A stretch of DNA of 63,402 bases, the filler included, from Reticulomyxa filosa (lineage: Eukaryota > Protista > Foraminifera), in NCBI GenBank assembly GCA_000512085.1. It is 25 parts of 25 records of this genome, joined end to end, with 100 filler letters (N's around TTAATTAATTAA, not from the genome) between each part and the next. Parts side by side here need not be neighbours in the genome. Positions count along the whole stretch, not along the records: positions 37,065 to 39,941 come from ASPP01003343.1; positions 40,042 to 41,041 come from ASPP01050301.1; positions 41,142 to 44,967 come from ASPP01010981.1; positions 45,068 to 46,584 come from ASPP01028290.1; positions 46,685 to 48,092 come from ASPP01002782.1; positions 48,193 to 49,840 come from ASPP01010896.1; positions 49,941 to 51,109 come from ASPP01010591.1; 18 more parts are not named here. One strand, given 5' to 3'. Below, piece by piece: positions 37,065 to 49,978 of the stretch (the stretch's first letter is position 1; every line of letters starts with the position of its first letter). The notes beneath the pieces were generated by a model. The model ran no database searches, was not told the origin of the DNA, and worked only from the letters and a program-made list of their open reading frames with translations. A program made the position numbers and the translations under genes.

Positions 37065-37806
37065 CGTTTGCTTCCGTCCACTGAACATTCGAACATGTAT
37101 TCTTTCAAGTTGCGCATTGAAAACATTCTTTTTTTTTTTTTTTGTGTGCATAATGCACTTTTTTTTTTTTTTTGGAGGGGAAGGGGAGAATTTTTTAAAA
37201 CCTTTTTTTTTTTTTTTTTTTGCAAACATGCAACTACCTTGATGCGACTTTCCGGTGTATCTTCCATTCTTTCATTTCAAATTTTTTTTTTTAAAAAAAG
37301 ATGAAAATAAGGAAATGATAATAATGCACACTTTGAACAATAACAACAAAATGAATGAACCACAAACAATTTTTTAAACCTGGGGGATCGCTTGCAAAAA
37401 TTCCATGTCCAAATATATCTCCTGTAATTTCTCGGATTGTTGCCCCCTTTTCAAACAATTCAAATTGATCTTCGAACACAAACTTGACCACTGCAGGGTC
37501 ATGCAAAAACACCATAAGTTGTCCCATTGGCATCGATTTGGCAATCACTGGCTCCGGACGTGACAACAAAAACCTGTAGTTGACTTCGTGAAATTCGCCG
37601 TACTTTTCATTCAATACACGATTCTTCGTTTGTCCATACAGTGGGTGCATTGGCATGTCCATCATTGGAATATTGTCGTGTTTTAAAGGCCGAATGCTAA
37701 TGTACACGCAGCACAGTCCTGCCACGGTCAGTGTCGTTGCTGTCAATGGCACTTTCCATTTATCCAATAGCTCGAGTGCCTGCTTTGTTGTTATATTCCA
37801 ATCCAT
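37065..37806 (-). CDS. Cytochrome P450, CYP86 clan (CYP704-like), N-terminal part (3'-partial)
   Basis: TM anchor, PMHPLYG, HDPAVVKFVF..FELFEKG, DIFGHGIFASD|..WKIHRKVAS|RMFSMRNLK (WxxxR motif) across two introns. Confidence 0.88.
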
Positions 37807-38440
37807 TTGCAATTCAAAGTTTGTTTTAATTAGTAGTAGTTGTTGTTATAATGTGGATATCAATTATCCATTTCACAAAAGTTGCGATGAAATAAAGAGC
37901 TACTTTTTTGGAAACAGTTTGAGTCCAGCTTTTAAAACTTTGCAAACAATTACGATTATTTGGAGTGAATAGTATTATACCATTAGTTTGTTAATTGAAT
38001 TATACCCAAACAAGATTGTTTGATAGAAAAAGGAAGAAAAAAAAGAGTTAATCAATGCACCAGCACAAAAATGCTAAAAACAAGCCTTATCCCTACAATA
38101 GCGAAACTTTCCTCCCTTTTCATGCAAGCAAATGTCTTGCGTTTGGAAAGAAAGTCTTACATCATTAAACATGATTTGTAAAAAAGGAGAACGAAAAAGA
38201 AACTGATGGTTTCAAACATCACAAAAAAAAACAAAACAAACAGTTATCAAAAAAAAGGCATGTGAAAAAGATATCAAACAATCAAAAAAAAAATTTCCCT
38301 AGAAATAAACGAAAAGATTTTTTTTTACGCTTTAAACGGAGAAACCCCGCAGAGAATTACAAAAACAAGCAAGATATTTTATGTTTTTTTTTAATGAAAG
38401 AAAAAAAAAAAGAAAAAAAGGAGGGAGCAAAGTTTGGAGT

Positions 38441-39874
38441 TTAAACTTGACTCATCCTTGTGCGTGTCCTATTAGAGAAGCGAGAGCGTTGTTGCAAAAC
38501 GGGAGTGGATTGATTGGTGAAAGTACTGGTACTTTTGGAGCGACACATTCGTCTGTGAGAATGTTTGTGTTTGGATTGCAACAGACGATCAGGATCGGTG
38601 AGTTTGCGCAAGGCCTGAGTCCACGCGACAGACTCATCGGACGACGAAGTGACAATGAAAACGGGTACGTCATCGCAGAGTGAGGCATCATCACAATGAG
38701 ACAACGAAGATAAGGGCGAGAGACGATTATTTGGCAATGAAGGAGGAAGAGAAGGAGGAGGAAGAAGAGGAAGTGAATGTGAGCCGAGGGTGAATGTTGT
38801 GGTCGGTTTCAATGAAATAATGAACAAGCGATGTTGAATAGCTTTATTTTTAGCAATGTCGTCACAAAGTGATTGCGGATATTGGCGAAGCCAGTTGGAT
38901 TGTTGCATAGACAAGTGTTTGGCTTTGTGATCTGTGTCGGCCATATCACTGGGTCGAAACACGTATACGATATCGTCAATATTCATTTGTCCGACTTTGG
39001 GTTGGAATTTCAGCGATGAAGAAGAGACAGCTGCTTTGTGTCCCATCGACTCGATATCTTCCCAAACAATGTGACGACAATCCAAAGTGACTCTGATTTT
39101 TTTGACATGTTTTTCAACAGCTGTGCCTTTGTAATCCTTGCGCTTGTGCATTTCCTTCTTCTCTTCGTTGACAGAGCCCGCAAGTCGCGATTTGCTCCGC
39201 GGCGTCTCGTGGACAGTGACGAGCACACCATGGACGAGCATTGCAATGTGCTTGTCTTCCACCATTTCGAATTTGATTGCAAACTCCAAGCAATGACTGA
39301 CTAAATGATGTTGCAAGCGTAGCCACTCTTGTACGAGTTCGTCCTGTTTCGCATCTGCTTTCATCGATTTCTTTGTCATCATCATCGTTGCCATCATCGT
39401 CGTCGTTGTCGTTGTCGTTGTCGTTGTTGTCATTGCCATCAATGCCTTCATATGACTATAGTACGCTCTCCAATGTGGCTCCATTTCCTCAATGCAGCAC
39501 CACGTATCATGCCGCGTCAGCGCATTGCGTACGATCTTCACAATCCACAGCAACTGGCTCTTGTGATACGTCTCGAGAACTTGGAGTTGCGCTACGTACC
39601 CGAGGAGCGCGGACAGCAATCCAATGTCCACCAAATGGTCGCACGACGAGGGATAGCGTGTCCACCGATGCAACAGATGCAGCACCTGGTCCATTGTCTG
39701 TAAGTCGCATGTGTCATACATCGAGATTATGTTCATGCAATCAATCCCTTTCGATTGACTCAATTGCAGCGCAACACGTTCGCCGTTGCTGTTATTGTTA
39801 TTGGTACTATCAATGCTGTCGTTGTTTTTGTTGTTGTTGTTCTTCCTTTTCTTCCTCTGATTTCTCTTGTTCAT
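38441..39874 (-). CDS. Hypothetical protein with helical (ARM-like) region and possible C-terminal PH-like domain; probably 5'-partial
   Basis: 477-aa ORF in GC-richer coding-like sequence. VFIVTSSSDESVAWTQALRKL resembles the PH C-terminal helix. Confidence 0.55.
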   Translation of the reverse strand: MNKRNQRKKRKNNNNKNNDSIDSTNNNNSNGERVALQLSQSKGIDCMNIISMYDTCDLQTMDQVLHLLHRWTRYPSSCDHLVDIGLLSALLGYVAQLQVLETYHKSQLLWIVKIVRNALTRHDTWCCIEEMEPHWRAYYSHMKALMAMTTTTTTTTTTTMMATMMMTKKSMKADAKQDELVQEWLRLQHHLVSHCLEFAIKFEMVEDKHIAMLVHGVLVTVHETPRSKSRLAGSVNEEKKEMHKRKDYKGTAVEKHVKKIRVTLDCRHIVWEDIESMGHKAAVSSSSLKFQPKVGQMNIDDIVYVFRPSDMADTDHKAKHLSMQQSNWLRQYPQSLCDDIAKNKAIQHRLFIISLKPTTTFTLGSHSLPLLPPPSLPPSLPNNRLSPLSSLSHCDDASLCDDVPVFIVTSSSDESVAWTQALRKLTDPDRLLQSKHKHSHRRMCRSKSTSTFTNQSTPVLQQRSRFSNRTRTRMSQV

Positions 39875-39908
39875 CGACAGATGACTATCATTATCGCCAT
39901 CATCATCA

Positions 39909-39941
<33 letters not shown>

Positions 39942-40556
39942 NNNNNNNNNNNNNNNNNNNNNNNNNNNNNNNNNNNNNNNNNNNNTTAATTAATTAANNN
40001 NNNNNNNNNNNNNNNNNNNNNNNNNNNNNNNNNNNNNNNNNATAACTCATGAATTGTAAAGGTACCTCTTTCAAAGTTTCTCGCGATAACTGCGCAAAAT
40101 TTGTTTTAGCGAGCCCGACCCTTTGAAAATTTTAATTTAAACTTTGAAACATGAATAAATTGTTATTTTTATCAGATATAATTTAAACATTAGTTACTTT
40201 CTTCACAAATTAACGTTTTTAAACGTATTACAGATTTGAGTTTTTGAAAAAAGACAAAGATTTGGAAATAAACCTTTTGTAGTGGGTTGTATTTCCAAGT
40301 TTTTAAATGTGCATTACATGATGACATCAATTATGCAACCGAGAAAATCCGAAAAATTGGCAAATGTGTAATTTTTTTTTATGAAAAAGACTTCGTTTAA
40401 AAGAACAAAATGCAATCAACTTAAAAAAAAACTTTAACAAAAACAAAGAGACCTGAAGAAGAGTGGGAGAACGGACAATTAAAAAAAAATGTTTTTTGTT
40501 TCTTGAAATAAGTTCACAGCAAAAAAAGAGGAAGATGAAGAGGGAAAGAAATAAAA

Positions 40557-41041
40557 TCACACATCGGTGTTAGTATTTGATTTTTCTTTGGACAAGTAAA
40601 GCAATATTTCGTAACAATCAGCAAAAAGAGTGCCCTCCAAAGTAAGCAAAGCCACACGAGGTGCAACACCTTTGGTGAGTCCATGCCACTTTTCTTTTTT
40701 GACAATGACTTTGAGAAGTTTGAAAGGATTAGTTTGCCCATAATCACCAGTACGTGTTTGTATTCTGGTGCGTGCGATATCAAAGGGATTGGTTAAAATG
40801 CCGGTGACAAGTCCTCCCAAGGCACCTGCGCAAGTGTAAGTAGCTCCGTTGTTCGCACAAAGCAAATATTTGAAGGCTTCATAGCTGGCCCACCAAATTC
40901 CGCTCGACGGGACATATTGCAGCAGTGCCGCCCCAGTGCCTCGATAAAATGACTTTAAAAAACTTCGATTGTGTTCGTTATATACTTGCCGAATCGTTGA
41001 CCACACCGTCACTCCCGAGTTTGGATGACTCAGTACATAGC
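40557..41041 (-). CDS. Mitochondrial carrier (SLC25) protein, SLC25A44-like, C-terminal part
   Basis: FYRGTGAALLQYVPSSGIWWASYE and TNPFDIARTRIQ (Px[DE]xx[KR]x[KR] signature). Confidence 0.9.
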
Positions 41042-41141
41042 NNNNNNNNNNNNNNNNNNNNNNNNNNNNNNNNNNNNNNNNNNNNTTAATTAATTAANNN
41101 NNNNNNNNNNNNNNNNNNNNNNNNNNNNNNNNNNNNNNNNN

Positions 41142-41178
<37 letters not shown>

Positions 41179-41352
41179 AAATAACTCTTTTCACTTTTTT
41201 TTCACTTTGCAACCTCTTTTCCTTGCAAAAGTATCTCACACTTTGAAAACGACACCCACAATTCAAACTAATCAATGTGCAAGCTGTATTATATATAAGC
41301 CCAATACTAATATGTGCATATTTGACATATATGTAAATAACACTTTGTAATA

Positions 41353-42778
41353 GAGTCGGGCAGTGTATAATGGGGTCGATCGCCAATCTTTGGAAGCAGT
41401 GTTGAAACAATATGGCGGACTTCGAGTGTCGGAACGCTATTACCAAGAGAACATGCGCATGCTTAATGATATCTTTTGTATTCCAGAAGGATGTTATGAG
41501 TGACCCAATCAAAAAACAAAAATGAAACAAACACACACACACATATTGCATATGTATATATATTTGTGTGTATGTTTTTGAATACAGGTTTATATAGTAA
41601 TGTAATCCAAGAATTAAAAGATTTACATTTCGATTTTCATTATGATTATGTGTCAATGGATATCCGAACTGCGTTGGACTACTTGCAAGATGGGGGGTTC
41701 ATTCATCGCGCCATTGCCAAGGCGCCGGATGAATACTTGGGCAAAGATCCGAATCTGGGCAAGTTATTTGCAAAATTGTTGAACTCGAATATCAAGGTAT
41801 ATAAATATATATATTGTAAGTGAAACACTTTTTGAAATAATCGCTGCAAACAAAAGAACCAGAAATGCAATAAATATATACACATATATACTGATCATAG
41901 CTGTTTTTATTGACAAACGTAAACTATAAATTAATTCGCGATTCTTGTGAATATTTAATGGAAGACGTAATAAAGGAATTGGGAGTGAAAGATTGGCATG
42001 TAATCTTTAATTGGATCGTTGTGCAGGCCAAGAAGCCATCGTGGTTTAATGTCCCGAATCGCCCGTTCCGAGAATTTGACTTGAAAACGGAGCAGTTTGT
42101 ATTGTCTCATGTCAAAGAGATGAAACATAACGGACTGTACTTTGGTGGGTGTTTGAACGAATTCCACCAAATGACTGGCTTACGATCGCATCAAGTGTTG
42201 TATTTTGGTGACAATGTCACCAGCTATCTCACTGGCCCATTCAAAGCTGGCAAATGGAAGACCTGTGCTATTGTCAAACAATTAGAAGACGAAGTGGAGG
42301 TTAACAACAGTCCCGAATTTATGTCTACTCTTTTGCACATTTTGGATATTGAGAATCTCTTGCACGCTGCACAAGTATGTACTTTTTCCCCTTTTTCTTT
42401 TCTTTTTTTTTTTAAAAAAAAAAAATTATTTGTCCATATATACATAACTTTCATTATTGATGAACAAATGCATACAAATGCAACTAGCATTTGAAAGACC
42501 CTGAATCTATCAAAATACTGAACTCTTTACACGAGAAAAGACATGGATTACGAGATAAAATAAAGTGTAGTTATAATGGTCAATTTGGTAGCATTTTTCG
42601 AACTCATTCAACACGTACACTTTATTTCTATTTACTCGCGAGACACAGCGATTTGTATACGAGTCGCGTGACGAATATGTTACAGTATGATATTGGGCAT
42701 TATTTCCAACCAAGGAGGTCTTTTTATCATCATGAACCCAACTATTGGATTCCTGATATTCGAGACCACACAGATTAA
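41353..42778 (+). CDS. HAD-superfamily IG 5'-nucleotidase (cN-II / NT5DC family), 5'-partial, multi-exon
   Basis: FLLTN, DW..IF..IVVQAKKPSWF..RPFR, VLYFGD, WKTCAIVKQLEDEV, FGSIFRT and SDLYTSRVTNML.Y. Confidence 0.88.
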
Positions 42779-45700
42779 GACCTTTTTTCCCCTCCGTTAT
42801 GACTTGCGATTGTATTTCACCATAAACCTTTTTCTTGATTTAAAGAAAAGTGGGTTTATTTCGTAGGTGATATAGCCTTTTTTTTTTTTGATTGGGTGTG
42901 CTTTGTGTTTGTCGTCTTCTTTTTGCAAACATTTTTTTTTAGTAAAGGAAATGAGTTTGTAATTGTTTATGATTGGACAAAAAATTTTTTTGCTACTTTG
43001 ACGTGTGAAAATAACTGTTTTCCTATTTTTTAGCATTGAATTATCTAAACAATTAAACGACAAAGTTTGCTCTGGACGATAGGATTAAATTTCGTAGTTC
43101 GACAATTTGATAATCCGATACTACTAAAGTCATGTGTCATTATATTCGTCTCTTTCCTGTTCTTTGTATTTTAGATTGTTAATAATACATAAATTCAAAT
43201 TGGAGCATCTACATACAAGTAATTTGCTCTTTTGGCATACATAGCGACTGTTCATACACTTTTTAGTGGGTGAATTACACTACATTGTAATATGATAGTA
43301 TTTGTTTACTTAGAATTATTATTTTTTGAGATATATAATGTATATTTAAGATGTTCTAATGCAAGATTAAGTTCTTTGATCTACTTGATATTTTCATTGA
43401 TCCTTGAATCCATATGATCTCTTTTCGCTTTCTATAAAAGCAATATTTAAGTGATATTGTTCATCACGGTACGTAGTCGTTTCAGTTGTTTAATTTTTCA
43501 AATAGTTTTCTGTTACAAGGTTTAGATATTGCAAGGCGCATATTAGCGCTAAACTTGCGAAACCAATTTGCCCGCCTTGGCATATCGCGCTAAAAAAAAC
43601 TAAAATAAAATAAATGGTCAAACACGCCGCCTTACACTTATCATAGCAAACACAATTTAGTGGATTAAAATAAACAATAATTAATTTAAAAAAAGCTTAA
43701 AAAAGAATTTGATATAGATAAAATGAAAATATGAAATATCATAATTGTGATTACCACAATATATGCTAGTATATGATGTATATGAATCTCTTCATCATGA
43801 TGTGGTCTAGCATTACTACCCTTTTGCATTCATAAGGGATGAAAACTTTAAAAGAATTCAAAAAAAAATTAGTTTGAATTAACAAAAAAAATTATACAAC
43901 ACATGTGAATTATTTTGTTAATAAAGTAATTGGACTCAGAAGTAGAGTAAGCACGAGCAGCAATGTCGACGCTTACAAAACAATCAGATTTGGAAAAAGT
44001 GTTGTCAAAAGACAAATGAAAATATTGTTGGTTATTCGAACTATGGATTGAGCGTTAAAAACCATAGGATAAACTGTTAACTCATAAACTAACTGATTAA
44101 AAATAATAATACAGTTGATCTTTTTTAAATTTTGTATTATGCGTTATGCAGGAAAGTAAAGTCGAATTAGAAAGGCTCAGCAAATATAAAATGCTTTTTT
44201 CCTGAAAACAAAAAATTCGATTAACTAATTCAGTAACCTTCAATTGAATAGATATTTTTTGTGGAAGTAAACAGAAGGATTAAGAAAAAACGTAATACCG
44301 ATAAGACTTTGTTGTTGATTAATTTATCATTCACTTAAATAAATACATAAACAGAAGAAAGAAACAGCATGCCATTAAATTTCAAAACTGTTATAAGTGA
44401 TAAATATAAAATAGTGAGGAAAATCAAGCTCAAATCTACGCAGGTCAAGTGATAATCAGGCATCTTTCAATAATTATTATTAATGTTTTTTTTAACACAG
44501 TTAAGCTACATTATATAAAGCGCAATAGCAGCCAAAATAAAACAGATAAATAACAAATCTATAAACTATCAGTCATTTGCTTTTGTGTTGTGAACACTAT
44601 CACCAAATGTTACTAACCAAATAAGTCGCTGATAAAATTTCCAAACACAATATATATTTTTCTTTTTTTATGAAATTTGTTGAAAGTCTCAAAAGCTAGC
44701 GGCGAATTTATGTACAGCAAAAAAAAAGTTGACAAAACATCACACAAGACAAAAATGGACAAAATCATGCTAAAATCTAAAAGCTTATAATTCAAAAGCA
44801 AATGGTTTTTTTACTTCCAACAAGCACGCTAAAGTAAAATTGCAAAAAAAACGATACAAAATAAATAAAAAAACATAACAGCTCAACAAAGCACAGCTTA
44901 CAAAAAGACGTCACCATTAAAAAAAAAACAAAGGGAATAAAAAAAAAAGTTGAGAAAAGTAAAAAATNNNNNNNNNNNNNNNNNNNNNNNNNNNNNNNNN
45001 NNNNNNNNNNNTTAATTAATTAANNNNNNNNNNNNNNNNNNNNNNNNNNNNNNNNNNNNNNNNNNNNTAAATGAACATCACAATCCTCTTTTGATTTTTG
45101 TTCATTATCATTTAGTTTCTTTTTCAATGGTACAAATTTAAGACATACTATTCCATCTTCACTTCCTTCGATCACATATAATTCATTCTTATTTGATCGA
45201 ATAATTTTTTTTTAGTATTGCTTTTAAAATTTTACAAAAATCATACGAAAAAATGACATTTTTAGACACACATGATTATATAAAATAAATTAGAAGCAAA
45301 AATCAAACCAATGAATTGAAAAATACAAGGTCATTATATTGATAAATATTTTGTATCTCTTTATTTGAAATAATGAATAGAAACAAGAATAAGAAAATAC
45401 AGTGAATCTTTTAGTTGTCTTGATTATAAAAAAAATAAACAATTAATTTAATTTTTTGTATCTTATTACCAAAATATTATAATGTATTAAATCATTAAGT
45501 TTTTGCAAATGAGACAAGTCAATAAAGAGATAATGGATGTTATTTGTAAAAATATTTCATTTTGTGTTTATTTGATAAAATATTGTATATTTAATCACAT
45601 TAATGTTGCAAAAATTCTCTTTACAATGGTTTATACTACAAATTGTCGCATCCCAAGAGTTGTGTTATCATCTAAAGAAATATTAATCAATTCTTCAAAA

Positions 45701-45924
45701 ACTACAAAACACTATGTTCAAAGTTTTTATTGAAAATCTTTTAAAAAAAACTTGTATACTCAGTTTTGTACAAATTTTTAAAAAATTTCTTGTCTTCATC
45801 GAAAAAACAATTATATGTACCGTTAAAATCCTATTTCACGTTGCCAAAGATATTTTTTAAAACCCCTTTCATTACCTTTAAGAAAAAAAGTTCAATCCAT
45901 TTTACATCAAAAATAATCTTAAGC

Positions 45925-46584
45925 ATGATAACTCTTACCAATGAGAAGCAAACTTCAACACAAATAGCGTTGGTAAGATTTATTACAAGCTTTCAGAAAG
46001 TTTGTTTTATTTATCGTATGTAACTTGTGATTCAAACAGTCTGAAGAAAAAAAGATTCAAGTAATCGTACAACATTGGATTCGAATATCCAACATTAAAT
46101 TAGGATGGATCAAAGATTTTGACAAACTCATTATCAATTATGTTAGTTCATCTATCTTTCTTTTTTTTAAATACTAACTAAAATATTCAAATGTTTATTT
46201 AACACAGATATATGCTGTCTTCATGTTTGAAACATTTCGCTCATCATCCAAATTAATCAATACATTCACTGGACATACCAGTTATGTGTGGAGTATTGAT
46301 TATTCAATCTGTGATAACTGTCAATTGATTTGTTCTGGATCAAATGATAAAACAGTTCGTGTATGGGATGTTGATAACAACAAACAAATTCAATCATTCA
46401 ATGGACATTCAAGTAATGTGTATTGTGTGAAATTTTCATCATATTATTATCATAATAATCGTCAACATGTCATTTGTTCTTCATCATTTGACAAAACTAT
46501 TCGTTTTTGGGATTTTAAACATAATAAGGAATTACAAATATTCAATGGACACACTAGTTATGTTTATGGTATTGAATTTTCACC
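45925..46584 (+). CDS. WD40-repeat protein of an expanded family, 3'-partial; exons 45925-45972, 46040-46141 and 46208 onward
   Basis: Phase-0 GT-AG introns. FTGHTSYVWSIDYS..ICSGSNDKTVRVWD repeats. N-terminal module HWIRISNIKLGWIKDFDKLIINY. Confidence 0.88.
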
Positions 46585-48192
46585 NNNNNNNNNNNNNNNN
46601 NNNNNNNNNNNNNNNNNNNNNNNNNNNNTTAATTAATTAANNNNNNNNNNNNNNNNNNNNNNNNNNNNNNNNNNNNNNNNNNNNGTGATTTTCTATTGGC
46701 CAATTTTATATTTGTATTCGTTGTTACATTTACATTTTCATCATCATATATACTTAATCACTTAATATATTGTACACGTTTTTGTAAACGTTGATGTTGC
46801 TTTTTTTAATTTAACACTTTTATGAATACCTATTGCAGTTGGTTTTTTATTTCTTTAAATAAAGTAACATATATCATTACATAAATTAAAAATAAAAGAT
46901 TTCATATAATTTTATCAATTTAACAATATTATTTCATAATGCATCATATACATCAGAATTTCTATATGCATTGTTAAATCCAATTTACTCCAACAGTTTA
47001 TCATTTTCATGCAATGCAAAGTAGCAAGTGAGATCTTTTATTTTGAATTGAATTGCCTTGCACGAATACATATAAAAGATTTTTTGACTTGTTTGATATT
47101 GATTGTTCGCATACTTCAAGTGAATGCGTCGGGCAAGTGTCGCAGCATATCGGACCATAATAAACATACAGCTGTAAATACTTTGAATGCTGAACTTGGA
47201 ACTATGTATATTATATTTATTTATTTACTTCGATTTCACCAAACTACAATTCAGACTGCTCGCTATTACTATCTTCGATAGTCTTCTCTTGTAATTTTTC
47301 GACTATTATCTTTGCCCTTTTTCTTTTCATCACTGGCGGCAGTAATGGTCTTGATATATTTGCTTCGACGTTGCAAGGACTTGGACAGCAATTATTCTTT
47401 TTTAATTGATATGGTGGTTGTACTTGTTCGCGGCAACGCATTTATTATTGATATTGCTGCTGTTAATGGTGTTGTTTGGACTTTTGCTTGTGCATTAGCA
47501 CTGCTACATATGCTGGTATTTTCTCCTGCTGTCTTCGCAGTCGCTTTATTTGTCGTTTTTTTGATTTTTTTCAATTCCAAGCACTTCTTATGATGAAACA
47601 TTTGTCATGACGACTTGTACATTGGCAACGTTAGCTTTGCCAATCGAATTGTTATAAGACGTCGTCATGCACACGCAATCCAACAACAGTGAAATCAAAT
47701 TCTTTTATTGGATGTACTGTTCAATGACAAAATCTGTGTACTGAATAATAAATACCAGAGTCTCCAATGTCATACATTGCCTTAGCATCGTCAATTCGAT
47801 CATTACCTCGTTCGAATGTCCCCCTCTTCTACTGGATCCGACATTGCATTGAGTATATCTTCGTCATCATTTATGCCTGCAAAAGACGACGACAACGCAT
47901 AGCGACTGCGCAAAATGTCGCTATCTCACATGATAGTGCCATGTGCATTCTGCAGGATGATTGTCCTCGATGACACCGTGCACGTGCGTGTAAACGTCCG
48001 ACAGTGTCTTAAGCAGTTGTGCCTAGAGATCACATGTGAACATCCATCCGAGAGGCTCGGTCATGTCGTCGCACTTGAGCACATACTCCAATNNNNNNNN
48101 NNNNNNNNNNNNNNNNNNNNNNNNNNNNNNNNNNNNTTAATTAATTAANNNNNNNNNNNNNNNNNNNNNNNNNNNNNNNNNNNNNNNNNNNN

Positions 48193-49840
48193 AAAAAAAA
48201 AAAAAAAACTTGACACTGCAAAAATTTTCCAGCAAATCGACAATTCTTTGAAAAATGTTCAAGTGTTCGTCTCCGCAATCATAATTTAAAAAGATGCCAA
48301 CGAGCATTTGCGAGTCCCGACAGATCTTGCTACAAACGGTTAGCGCCATGAGTTTCTGCTTGTACGACGCATGTGGACTCTCTGCGATTTGCAAGAACAC
48401 GTGGTCTAACAACACACCCAGTTCATTCTTTAAATATTTGCGAAATTGCTCCACGAGCATGGAGAACATCGACACTGCCAATCTAGTTATATCAAACAAA
48501 ACAAAATTAAAATAATAGTGGTAATAATAATAACAATTAATAATAATAATGATAACAAAAAGCATGTGTTAGGAGCAAATGTATGTATTACAAAAAAATT
48601 TCAACTGAAAGATGCCTTCGACAGTAGAAACGGCATTTTCAGCGACGACCGGCACAAAGCTTTCACGAACAGCATCTAAAAAGCGATGTGAAGAGCGAAA
48701 GGCATGTCCTGCGTTGGCAAAGACCAAGCGTAGTAATTCTAGTGATAGCACCTTGCTCTTCAACGCGACTGGCTACAACACGACAGAGGTATTCAAACGA
48801 GCAAAATTCAATTGAAATTGGTTCATTCAAAATGGGGCAAAGGGGGGGGAGGGAGGGGGGAAAAAAAAACCAAAAAAAATTAACTCCCTAAACTTTGACT
48901 TGTGATTGAGAATCAAAGAGTCTTGGAATTTTCCAATCAAACCAACCAGTGGTTGGCTGGGTGGAGTCTGCAGGCAATGTTTTCAAGGACTGTCGACACA
49001 ATGAACGGAATAGCAAGTGTCCATCATTGGTGAGGAGCGTCGCTTTGTACGCCACATCAAGTCTTTCCGTCGTTTGGTTTTTCTCAAATTTCGCTCGCAA
49101 CCAATTCATGCTCGATTCCAAATGTTTCAGCTTGCACTCTAACGAGCACACTGAATCTCTGGTCTACATCATCACATATTGATCACATTTATTCAAAAAA
49201 AAAACCACACACATACTTTCAATTACACGTAAGTTAATGTTGGCCATTTTTTAATTTTTTGATTATTTTTTTATTTTTTTGTAAAGGTACTTCAATGTTC
49301 TTAAAAAAAAAAAAAAAACACACACACACACACACATACTAAACTTGAATGCAATAATACCCGGCAGACATCCCACACACGATACACCATCCAAACTTGC
49401 CTTTTTCATATGAATCTTTAGATACATCTACCATCGAATTAGATCCATCTTGTTTCGATTTTCCTACTCCGTCGTCTTCCCATTCATCATGGATAAACGA
49501 TTCACGCTTACTCAACCCCATGTTCGTTGCATCCTTCTTGCTGCTTTCTGTTGTCTGTGTTTTTTCCTCTGTGTTGCTCGGGGGCTTGTCTTTCCAGCTT
49601 TGGCTGATGGCACTGTGTACAATCGACAATGTCATCGAATGACACATTAACGCGGCTTCCTGTTTTATATACCATATATGTATATGTACATATACATATG
49701 CATATATATGCATATATGAGTAGAATATGCATTTTTGAAATAATGTTATTAATCTTCGATTTCATGCGTTTATTTCTCTTGTTGGCATTGACAAAACTGC
49801 TGGCTTAAACTATATCATTTACAAGTCAATCGGAAATAAA
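48193..49840 (-). CDS. BIG/Sec7-type large ARF guanine-nucleotide exchange factor, internal DCB-HUS region
   Basis: LLFRSLC, SKVLSLELL, LKNELGV, IFLNYDC (HUS box) and NIFQRIVDLL. Confidence 0.92.
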
Positions 49841-49940
49841 NNNNNNNNNNNNNNNNNNNNNNNNNNNNNNNNNNNNNNNNNNNNTTAATTAATTAANNNN
49901 NNNNNNNNNNNNNNNNNNNNNNNNNNNNNNNNNNNNNNNN

Positions 49941-49976
<36 letters not shown>

Positions 49977-49978
<2 letters not shown>

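Noticed and set aside
46985-48092. GC-richer, coding-like region
   Set aside because: There are multiple stops in all frames and no recognisable motif.
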